Of a stretch of DNA of 64,000 bases, positions 1 through 11,036 are shown in pieces. Position numbers and translations under genes: made by a program. This DNA is from Euprymna scolopes (Eukaryota), in assembly GCA_053919585.1 (NCBI GenBank), contig CM132796.1, one strand, 5' to 3'. A model generated the notes under the pieces. The model saw only the letters and a program-made list of their open reading frames with translations, did no database searches and was not told the DNA's origin. Within the stretch, counting starts at the first letter, position 1, and each line of letters begins with the position of its first letter.

Positions 1-1650
1 ATTGAATCAACATGTTGATGCTTTCACCGGAAACGCTGATGTGTGCGCTGCTAAACTAAGACAGTGGCGTCAGAAAAGGAGTAATGTAGCACTGCTGGAT
101 TTGAAGAGAGCCTACCTGCGGATACGTGTTCATGAGTCAGTATGACCATTTCAGACGGTGATAATCAAGGAAAAACGATATTGCTTGACACGTTTAGGTT
201 TTGGCCTTAATAATGACAGCTATTATTAAACTGTTTTGATGCAGGATGAAATCACAGCAAAAGCTGCTTCAGCTTACATTGACGACATCTACGTTAATGA
301 GGACATAAAGTCTGCAGATGCGGTTCGAATGAACTGGAATCTTTTGGTTTTATAAGCAAATACCCAAAGAGCCTAAAGGATGGTGTGTCCATGTTAGATC
401 TTGAGGTCTGGGAGGAGAGCAATACTTTGCGATGGAAGCGAGAGAGCCCGATTTCAAAGTTACCCAGTGTATTGAAAAGGCACATTGTTTTCTATTTGCA
501 GTAAATTAATAGGACATCTACTTGTCTGTGGATGGCTCTGATCGGCAACAGGAGTATTAAAAAGACGAGTAACTACAGTAACCAAAAGATGGAACAACAT
601 GGTGGATGATGATTCTCTTCAGCAAATGATGCCCGAAACGTTAACTAGAGTATATAGGAACGACTCTGCCTGGAGTGAATGGCATGTATCTGGAAACGAA
701 GTGAATGCATGGATTGGCGCAAGTTCACTGGTTACAGGTGTTGTGTTGGGACAATTGGGTACTGTTGCGGAAGATGCATGTTGGCTCCATCTGCAAAATG
801 ATGCCACGCTAAAAGGTCTTAATCTTGCATTGCAATGGCAGGCCAAGGTTATACATCTCCACACTGACTCATTGTGTGTTTACTACTGGTTGACCGACAC
901 CTGACTGGAACGGCTTGAGTTTAGACTAAAGCCGCAAGTGAGATGTTAGTACGAAGGAGACTGGCGATAATAAAGCGTCTAGTTGACGAATACAACTTGC
1001 AGGTGGACATTTACTTAGTTTTGTCAGTGTAAAATTTGGCTGATAGCTTGATTCGAGTACCAAATAGCTGGATTTATGTAATGAGGCAGGGATCTGATCC
1101 TCCACAACTGATATGTGTGACTGTAACAGATCAATTAAGACCTGATCAGATCCGTATAATACATCAGCAGAGTGGACATCTCGGAATTCGGAAGACCACA
1201 TATTTTGTCTGAAGAGTGTGTCCTACAACTACAAGAGCATCAATCAAGGCAGCTGTACAAAGAGTGTCAGCGAATTGATCCGGCACTGTCCCAATGGCAA
1301 AAAGGGAAGCTTGAGGTGGAGGACAACTGGTGTCAAGTAGGGATGGATGTAATGTATTATATGATGGCAGGCATTTTTTTACCTTAACAGATTGTGACCC
1401 GACACATTTCACGATATGGCTCCTGTTGACATGACAGGATGCATCTAGCATTATACGACATTTGAGAGCTGTCTTTATTGAACGTGGTGCCCCACTTGAA
1501 ATCGTGACAATGCCCTTACATTTCGATGTCAAGAATTTCAGAAATTCACACAGGAATGCGGATCAGAATGCGTTACTGATGTGCATATTTTCCTGAAAGT
1601 AATGGTATAGCGGAGCAGTGTCACCGCGCTGCCGAAAGAATTGCAGCCAA
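1..1650 (+). mobile_element. Degraded Ty3/Gypsy-like pol fragment (RT-RNaseH-integrase)
   Basis: Stop/frameshift-riddled motifs: ALLDLKRAYL..YCLTRLGFGL, ASAYIDDIYV (RT); ASSL..GVVL..EDACWL, HLHTDS (RNase H); HQQSGHLG..C.ECQ.IDP, GMDV, AYFPESNGIAEQCHR (integrase). No LTR seen. Confidence 0.85.
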
Positions 1651-2311
1651 TGTCCGAAATTTATCCTCTTTCAGATAAATTCGACGCGAAAATAACAGCC
1701 TGCAAAAAAACTCAAAGGATGAAATAAAAAGGGGGTAAAGAATAAAATATAAAGGTCTTGTTTTAAAACGAAGAAGAGATTTTATTTAAAATGAAGTTGG
1801 TTGCAAATTTTTCCCTTTGCAGGCATTAAATACAAAACCAAAGAACGCCAAAGTAACAACATATAATGCAAAAAAATGCTACTTCTTATATTGAAAATGT
1901 CGTATTAATGAACGAATACAATATTATGATTCAAATAGTAGTTCCTAATCACTGTCTCATATGCAATACATTTTAGTAACGTACTCATAAATTGATGGCC
2001 GTCAGGCATGTGCCTTTTTCCTTTTTTTCTCAATTCAAAGTCCTTTAAAATTTCTCTCCTTCCAAATACATGCAAATCGTAGCCACGTAAATAAAGTTTT
2101 CAGAAGTTCACCTTGTCGCGTCCCGGTGCTCTGTTACCGGGTTATACTTCTTTGAAGGAGGGCTCTGGAAATTCCTTATCTGTGCCAGGCAATGAATTCA
2201 CGTCCACTTTCCAGGCCGCCGGAATCCAAAAGAGGCCGATTTTCGTGCTGGGACTCGTGACGTCATCATCAGGGCGCTAGCACCGCCTTCCCATTCAAAT
2301 TAAAGGGAGTT

Positions 2312-4391
2312 TCATACGAACTCAAAATATATAAAACTAAGCATCATAAAAGATACGAAATACAGAAAATCAAATATAAGAACTAGAATAAAAATATAAT
2401 AAATGCATACAGGGGGATGCATAATTATTGGTACAAAAATATTCCAGCATTCCACACAATGTATGGTCAGAAGAACTCCAAGAAACACATATGTGAACAA
2501 AAAAGCAGAAAATTCAAATAAGATTATTCTATAAATATTCACCTGAAAACCTTCATGTTTTAGGTTTGAACGGAGAAGTATCTAACCAGATTCAAATTTA
2601 AAACTAATGATCAGATGCAAGGTCACAACAGAAGTTTGACGGAGAATATTCCGGCAGCTAATTAACTACTTACATATAAAAGAGTATAAAGGCTTGAGAA
2701 GTTCACCTACCATCCAACCTCCTCATCCTTATAGAATCTCTGGCAAACATCCAAATATCTTAGCTCCCTCATAACCACAAGAACCCAATAAGATTAACAC
2801 CGGTGCTACAAGATGGACGAATCCAATCAACCCTAGGCTTTGATAAGTTCTTCAGCTTGGTGGAATTAAATAAAACTAAAACTCAAATCTTACACAAATT
2901 ATGCAAGGCAATCACAGTTTTATACGTTTGCATAGCTATATACATAAAGCCAAACAAGCAAAGTTGAGTATAGGTGTCAGAAACACCCAGATATCTGGAG
3001 ATGTGATACTTATGGAAAACCCCTATCAAGGAGAGATCCAATCTCCTGATGATCAGCATTGACTCAAACATCTCAACATCAGAAAACCTACCTCTAACCA
3101 AATATAAGATGGTCTTGAGCGTCTCAGAAACATCCCTGGACAAATCGATCTCGACTTCGATGGCTCTTGCAATACTGCAGGAAGCTATATCCAGGCAGAT
3201 CTTCAGAAAACATTTAAGCATGGTAACACCTGCATGTGACTTCAAAACAGGAAGCGTTCTACTTGAAGGAGCAACGTCATACAATGAAAGTCCTGCAAGT
3301 GATTTCTGCACAATATAACCTACACTCTCGTAGGAACTCGGAGAAGCTGAACTACACACCATGTAGTCAGCAAATTCGACAGGATCCATCATGGGATTCT
3401 TTATCGAGTTACACTCAACATGAATCTGGATGACCCAGTCTAACTTGAGTTCACGTAACTCTTCCAAAACCATTCTCTTGGTTTTTACAAGTTGACAGAT
3501 GGATATAGGACTTTCTGCCCTATACCCCTGATGGAAAATCTCTCTCCCAGTACTAACATTAGCATTTAAAGAAGTGCACACAGGATTGACTCCTGGCCTT
3601 AAACTACTGGCTATTGTCAGAACTATATAACCTGAGTAATATTTCACCATCATGATTAAGTTTCTCAGTATTCTGATAAAATTGCTGTAAATAACCACAT
3701 ATGCGAGTTTTCGAACTCACATTGTTAGAGGGCAAAACAATCTCAACATTCCATGGAAATCGCTCCATGAATTTCACAATATTCATACCCATGCTTAACA
3801 AGTTGTGGACACGAGTGGTATCATTCATGATACCTGGGAATCTCACTCCCAATACATTGTTCTTTAAAATATCACTGGCAAACTGCCCGCCAGAAAAATC
3901 AAACTTCAGCGCTTGACGCAGATCCTCTGAAGTGACATTTGCAACACTGTTTTCAGACTGTGATGCAGTATTTCCCAAGCTAAACTTGCAAGCAGTCTTC
4001 AGAGTCTGAACATTTGGGCTTAGGAGTTGGTAACTCGCCAAGCATCTCCTTAGGGGGTTCGAATATCACAGGGTTGCACAAGGAATCACACTCGATACCA
4101 TCTGCCAATCTCGAGAAAATCAATCGAACCTGGGACGAGAACACTACAACATTAACAGCATCCGCTTCTACAACTGAACAGTCCACGTCCTCACGCAAGG
4201 ATAGATCACCCAACAACTCAGTTATGTTATCTACAGATGATAACCATTCATTAACATCGCCCTTCAATGTCATAAAGTAAGGTTTTAGTAATTCCCTCTG
4301 CGACCGCAATAAATCTAAAACGACAATAATCTTCTCTAAATAAAACTTTCGTTTCCTTACAAGGAATCCGGAAGAACGACCGACCAACATC
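2312..4391 (-). pseudogene. Orphan frameshifted coding region of unknown family (possible SGNH-like modules)
   Basis: Three overlapping same-strand ORFs (3980-4507, 3604-4041, 2883-3698) plus further decayed coding-like sequence down to ~2312; no introns evident. Confidence 0.5.
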
Positions 4392-4861
4392 GTGTAGCGT
4401 TTGTTTATCAAAAATGTGGACTTACTCCAAACAAATACAAAAAAAAACAGGCGCTCAAATATTATACACAACAAATGCACACACAAAGGCCATAAAGATA
4501 TATGCATAACATTTCTTGTTCATAGCACAAACAAAACAAGACCAATGCAGTACATTGAGCAGTGAAAATATCAAAGGATACAATCCTCAGTTACAAATTA
4601 AAAGGGTCACTATGACTCAAACTCAAAATTAAGTGGATTTAAAATTAATTCAAACTTTCATATGGAAGTTAATTGACTGGAAAAAGAAGAATAACGTTTA
4701 AAACTATAGTAATATTCTTTCTGAAATGCAACCTAGAAAAAGAGTGGAAACAGAGTTTGAATATACAACTACGTCGGATGTGGGTACACGTCACTAATAT
4801 TACGTGTATCTTCGAAGGAATCAAATAACCAAATGCAAATACGGGCTAAGGCTAAGAAAAG

Positions 4862-5055
4862 TGTTGTATTGTGTTTCGTATGGATACGAAACTTCCCTAT
4901 AGAACTCTCCCTGACGAAAGCGCTAGCTCTGTATACTACTCCAGTAGTGTCTGCCATGTTACTTTATAGTGCTGACGTCGGACCTGACGTATCGTTCTTT
5001 TGTGCTAATAAAAACCTTATTTAAAGGGTATACAGTATTTGTTTTACTTACGACA
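4862..5055 (+). repeat. 5' LTR of element A
   Basis: Direct repeat of 15987-16178; TG...CA ends; contains AATAAA. Confidence 0.95.
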
Positions 5056-5103
5056 ATTTTATTAGCACAAAAGGTTAAAAAAAAAAAGTAAAAGATTTTA
5101 AAA

Positions 5104-7394
5104 ATGGATCGTGCCCTGAGACCTTCTCGATTGGACGTAAACCCTAATTCATCTAATGCCGAGCGAGAGTTTAAGCACTGGTTTGCTACGTTAAAATATT
5201 TTTTAGCGGCACTACCCCAGGAAAATCTCAATAAGTTGTTGGTCCTGATAAATTTTATTTCACCGGATATTTTCGAATATTTCAGCGATTGTGGAAATTA
5301 TAAAGAAGCCTGTCTCAAACTGGAGGAACTCTTTATCAAACCAAAAAAACGAGATATACGCACAGCACCGACCACGCGAGCCTTTTCTAGTCTCACACAA
5401 AAACACGCATTCACATCTCAAGCTATATTACTTGTCATATACATACGCGCACACAAACATATGCGCCATGTCCACACACGTACATATATTCACGCTTGCG
5501 TACATACATTCACATGTATATACACACACGTGAACGTACACACATGTACGCACACATACGCGCACACATACGCACACATGGACAACGTCACTTCCCCTTT
5601 CAAAGGAAATCCACACATGTGCAAAAGACCACTGGAAACAACTATAAAAGCAAGAGTAATAAGCTGCTTCCTCCTTTTTGGACCAGCTCTCGAGCTGAGA
5701 GGTTCGACGAACCAGCCGCCTCTCTTTCGGGAGGCGTGTGCCCGCGCACGTCACGTCCCCTTCTACTGTATGTGGGACAAAAAGCTAACAGACAGTACAT
5801 ACACCTTATACGCTTTCTCTCTCCATGAACTAGATTGACAGTCTCACCCTTTCTCTCTATATATACAACTCGTGCCTGAGAATACTTTCGCATAGCTGAC
5901 TGCTAACATGGCGCACAGCTTTACTGATGTCAACCCTCTATCTTTGTCTTTGTCTACACGCTGGACTATCATTCTCATTTCCACTACATTACTCACTTCT
6001 CTTCCCATGCGCGAACAAACGATAGTGACCCGAACGTGAAATGAACACACATTTCCTTTTCTTTCTACACCACCAGTCCCACAACAAACGATGGTTACAC
6101 CCGAACGCGGACATAAACACGTGTTATACCTAAAACATTCATTTTTCAACAGTAAATAAACGACACGTTTATTTTATCCAGCAATTGAGTTTTTGTTTCC
6201 TTCATTCCATTCGTTTCATTATTTTCTTTTGTAATGGGATTGGGATATATATATATCCTAGTCCTCTACACTACTCGCCACGAGGCGTCAGCAACCGGGA
6301 GAAAGTCTGGACGAGTATCTTCGGGCATTACGAGTCCTTAGCAAGGACTGCAATTTTAGTGACGTCAGCGCGGCAATATACGCTAATGAATCGATTCGGG
6401 ATGCCTTTATTGCCGGAATTCAGCCCCATACCATTTTCCAGCGTTTGTTGGAAAATAAAACGCTCGACCTGGACACTATGTTTGATCAGGCACGAGCGCT
6501 GGACAATGCAACGAGGAATATGGAATCGTATTCACCAGCATACCGGGAACCAAGCGCTGTAGCCCTTGGAAAGGAAGAGACATCAGACTTGGATTTTAAT
6601 CAAATAAACCTAAATGCTGCTAAATCAGAAATTAAATGTTGGAACTGTGGAAATTATAAGCACACAAAATCACGATGTCCAGCGAAATCGAGTGTTTGTC
6701 ATCGATGTAAACGGATCGGGCATTTTGCAAAATGCTGCAAATCAAATAATACTACTCAATCAACTTCTGACTCGGTCCATTATCCAACCTTAGCCTCTAT
6801 AATTTCGAGTTCGGCAGTTCCATCATCTCTACAGAGATCCACCGTAGAAATCAACATTTTGGGTCGGCCATTAAGAGCACTAATGGACAGTGGTAGCTCT
6901 GACAGCTTTATTCATACCAAAGTAGCCGAGGATCTGGATTTAAAAATAACAGATTCGGATTTGAGAGTTTCGATGGCATCGTCTGACCTCTCATTCAAAG
7001 TGGCAGGTGCTTGTTTTCCTAACGTACTTTTTAACAAACGTATGTATCCCAACCAGAAACTGTCAGTTTTAAATAACTTTTGTTGTGATGTGATTCTCGG
7101 ACTGGATTTTCAAAGTAAACATGAAAGCGTTACCTCCAAGTATGGTGGGAGTTCAACTCCTATTGAGATTTGTGGACTCGCTGTGGCTTTGGTGGAACCG
7201 CCTGAACTTTTTATTAATATAAATAAGAACTGCAAACCGGTTGCCACCAAGTCTAGACGTTTTAGCTCGTGATAGCAAGTTCATTAACTGAGAAGTTAAG
7301 TGCTTTTTAAAGGAGGGGATCATCTAAATCTCAACCCCCGCCTGGAGGGCACAAGTAGTCGTGGTTAAATCCGATAATCAGAAAAAGAGAATAG
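5104..7394 (+). pseudogene. Element A gag-protease-RT N-terminus, interrupted by a solo LTR
   Basis: MDRALRPSRLD...KNEIYAQHR | LATRRQQPGESLDEY...; CWNCGNYKH..C, CHRCKRIGHFAKCC; DSGS; PVATKSRRFS; frameshifts and stops. Confidence 0.9.
5373..6270 (+). mobile_element. Solo LTR of family C inserted in gag of A
   Basis: Homologous to the LTRs at 7395 and 8955; ends in TACA; imperfect 4-bp TSD CGAC/CTAC; removing it restores gag (H-R-L-A-T). Confidence 0.85.
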
Positions 7395-9495
7395 TGTGGG
7401 AGCCTTTTCTAGTCTCACACAAAAACACGCATTCATGTCTCAAGCTATATCACTTGTCATATACATACGCGCACACATCCACACACGTACATATATTCAC
7501 GTTTGTGTATATACACTCACATTCACGTGTATACACACATACGCTAACATACACACATGTACGCACACACGTGCACACGTATGCACACATGGACAATGTC
7601 ACTTCCCCTTTCAAAGGAAATCCACACATGCGCAAAAGACCACCGGAAACAACTATAAAAGCAAGAGCAATAAGCAGCATCTTTCTTTTTCGGATCAGCT
7701 CTCGAGCTGAGAGATTCAGCGAATCAGCCACCTTCCGAAAGGGAGGCGCGCGCCCGTGCTTCACACCACTCGCTTCCATGTGGGGCAAAAAGCTAACAAA
7801 CAGTACGTATACTTTATACACTTTCTCTCTCCATGAACTGGATTGACATTCTCACTCTTCCTCTCTCTATATATATACAACTTGTCCCTGAGAATACCTT
7901 TGCATAGCTGACTGCTAACATGTCTTTGTCTACACACTGGACTATCATTTCTCGTTCCACTACATCACTCATTTCTTTTCCCACACACGAACAAACGATA
8001 GTGACCTGAACGTGAGATGAACACACATTTCCTTTTCCTTCTATAACCACAAATCCGGAACAAACCGGCAACCGACCGATGTGAAACGAACAAGCATGGT
8101 GACCTTACCTTTTTGAAATTAATTGTTTTGAGCGAGACACACGTTTTATTTGATAAAGAAAAAAACGAACTTTTCAACAAAAAAAAAACAAAAAAACAAG
8201 TGACCTACTACCGACAAGAACCTCAGCGAACTTGAATGACGAAAACCCTCGTCAGACTCGGCAGAAAAATAAACACGGAGCTGTCGACTTCATACCGAAT
8301 TTTAAAAAAAAAATTTGCTCTCAACAAACATTTTTCACGGTTTCCTGACATTACCCTGCAACAAACGCGAGGAGCTAAATCACATAGGCCTATGCAATTC
8401 TCTCTCGCCCAGCAGACACAACAACAAAAAAACAATTACAGGAATCCCTATCAACACATAGGAAGAAGCTGAATTAACAATGAGTTGAGATGCACCACGC
8501 ACACGGATAAACTCACAACTAGAAGTTTTGTTGACACCGGCAACTGGAAACTCGTTCAACATGAACGAATGCACAACAAACGCCCGTACAGACAATGTAC
8601 ACACACTACCGCGGACTCATTTGCAAAGACACTGTCAACTTGACACATGAAGTCAACACAAAACAAAAATTTTCCTTCCAAACGAATAATTCACTTCATT
8701 GTCCAAGCAACTCGTTGCACATGTCAGCACACAACAAAAAAAACAAACAAAACAAAAGTCAGCCTAAAAAAAAGAGTAAGCGCCTTTTCCATGCATAATA
8801 AATACTTTTTTATGAACACACTCCGTTTTTAACGTTTTTTTAAACAACCACACAAACAGCAAAAAAACAGGACAAGAAGTCAATTGCAGAAAACATTACT
8901 TAAAAAAAAATATGTATACACTGCATATTTTTTCTCTCTTAGGAAGGGAAGTATTGTGGGAGCCTTTTCTAGTCTCATACAAAAACATGCGTTTACATCT
9001 CAAGCTATATTACTTGTCATATACATACGCGCACACAAACATACGCGCCATGTCCACACACGTACATATATTCACGTTCGCATATATACACTCAAATTCA
9101 CGTGTATACACACACACTAACGTACACACATGTACTCACACACGCGCGTACGTCCGCACACATGGACAACGTCACTTCCCCTTTAAAGGAAATCCACACA
9201 TGCGCAAAAGACCACCGGAAACAACTATAAAAGCAAGAAACAAGCTGTTTCCTACCCTTTTCGGACCAGCTCTTGAGCTGAGAAGTTCAAGGAACCAGCC
9301 GCTTCCCTTTCGTCACATCCCCTGCTACTATATCTGTGGGGGCAAGAGTTAACAGACAGTACGTACACCTTACATGTTTTCTATTTCCATGGCCTGGATT
9401 GACTTTTTCTCATTTTATCTCTCTGTCTATACTGCAATAGACGTTCCTTCTCATCAGTAAACAGCGAGAGACGAATGCAGACATGAACACGTATT

Positions 9496-9763
9496 AGTAA
9501 TTGTTTGTATTTTTGAGATGAGGTGTTTTCATTGATTGAGATTGTCGGACTGACTTCCTCATCTTGTTTGTTATCGTCACAACGTTTCGGCCGTTTTACC
9601 CTCCGGCCTTCATCAGGTGTTTTGTATCGAACTGGGGAACCGTTTGTTAGCAGTCTCGAACCCAACCCTTTATTATTATTACGGGGGTACCGTGTTCGGA
9701 CTCCGGCCGAAACATTGTGACATTAACAACCAAGATGAGGAAGTCAGTCCGACAATCTTAATC
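9496..9763 (-). mobile_element. Penelope-like pseudo-LTR fragment with inverted duplication
   Basis: 14-bp direct repeat CATGAACACGTATT (9482-9495/9764-9777); ~55-bp inverted repeat 9540-9593 vs 9704-9757; hammerhead-like core. Confidence 0.75.
9578..9619 (-). ncRNA. Minimal type I hammerhead ribozyme-like motif
   Basis: Minus strand cac-CTGATGA-a-GGCCG(gagggtaaaa)CGGCC-GAAA-CG-TT-gtg; palindromic AACGTT stem III; stem I only 3 bp. Confidence 0.6.
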
Positions 9764-9952
9764 CATGAACACGTATTGTACTCTTTTCTTTCATGTGTTT
9801 CTTCACGAAATAAATTCTAGTCCGTTTAATTCAAATAAACGCGCTGTTCGTTCCTTCCTCAAAGCAATTCATTTTTCCTTTCTCAATGCAATTCATTTTT
9901 CCTATTTTGTACGACTGGGGGATATGTATAATATATCCACCAGTCTGCTACA

Positions 9953-10829
9953 ATAGTCATTCATTATTCTGAGATTGTGAATAAGTACACAAGCCTTGAC
10001 GCCTACCCCCTACCCCGGCTGGATGACGTAGTGAATAAGGTGGCTCAGTATAATGTATTCAGCACAATCGACCTGAAAAATGCGTATCACCAGATCCCCA
10101 TCAATGAGAATGACAAACCCTTCACTGCTTTTGAAGCTAACTCCGGTTTGTATCAGTTCACCCAATACAGCCGCTTCCCATTTGTATACCCTTGTAAAGA
10201 CACAAGTACCCAGAGTGTACTGCAATCTTGGTCCCACCTGTTTTCTATATTAGGCATGCTCAGCCAAGTTCATTCAGATAACGGGAAATTTTTCAAGAGT
10301 GCTGAGTACAAGAATTATATGCACAACAAAGGGATCTCCACCAGCTACAGCACTTCATATCACCCGCAGGGGAATAGTCAAGTGGAACGAATGAATGGAG
10401 CAGTGTGGAAAACTATTTCATTGGCATTGGAAGACTGAACACTGGGAAGAGGTTTTAGCAGACTCCCTCTATTCCGTTCGGTCTTTAATATCCACAGCCA
10501 CAAATGAAACACCTCATGAGCGCCTTTTTATACACCCAAGAAGATCAGTGTCCGGGACAGTGGTACCATCTTGGATGACAGAATCTGGTTTTGTTTTAAT
10601 GCGGAGACACAACCGGTTAACTAAATATGAATTTCTAGTTGATAAGGTTGAACTTCTAGATGCTAACCCCTATTATGCCTTTATTCGATCTAACGAGGGT
10701 AGGCAGATGACTGTATCTACACGTGACTTGGCCCTGTTGAAAGACTTCCAATTCACCAATCACCCACATGACTTGGAAAACTGGAATGATACACCAGCAG
10801 ATCAGCAAGATCAGCACCCCCACCAGTAG
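9953..10829 (+). pseudogene. Element A RT fragment fused to integrase core by internal deletion
   Basis: DAYPLP..DLKNAYHQI..GLYQFT joins in frame to QYSRFPF..HSDNG..YHPQGNSQVERMN; YxDD, RNase H and HHCC are missing. Confidence 0.88.
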
Positions 10830-11036
10830 AACCACCTGTTTTGCGACGGTCAGAATGTAGTAGAAGACCACCAGATGAGTTGAATTTGTGATTCTAGAGG
10901 TTAGTGAATCTTGATTACATTTATTTTGCACATCAGAACTATTAAATCGCACTCCTTGTGCTGGCTGAATTAGTGAGTTTTAACATTGCGACCCTGAACT
11001 ATTAAACTAGAGTCCTTGCATTGGTTGTGATCAACC

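Larger units (their letters stand above)
7395..9952 (+). mobile_element. Non-autonomous two-LTR element of family C inserted in the RT of A
   Basis: TSD ATAG (7391-7394/9953-9956); 5' LTR from 7395 (truncated near 8060); ~0.9 kb non-coding interior; PPT AGGAAGGGAAG; 3' LTR 8955-9952. Removing it restores KKRIVIHYSEIVNKYTSLDAYPLP. Confidence 0.9.

Noticed and set aside
2216-2277. Third hammerhead ribozyme as a feature call
   Set aside because: Stem II does not close next to the core and there is an extra base at the cleavage site; kept only as a weak note.
5291-9352. His/Thr/Tyr-rich ORFs and their antisense Cys/Val ORFs
   Set aside because: They are translations of CA/TA-rich tracts in family C LTRs.
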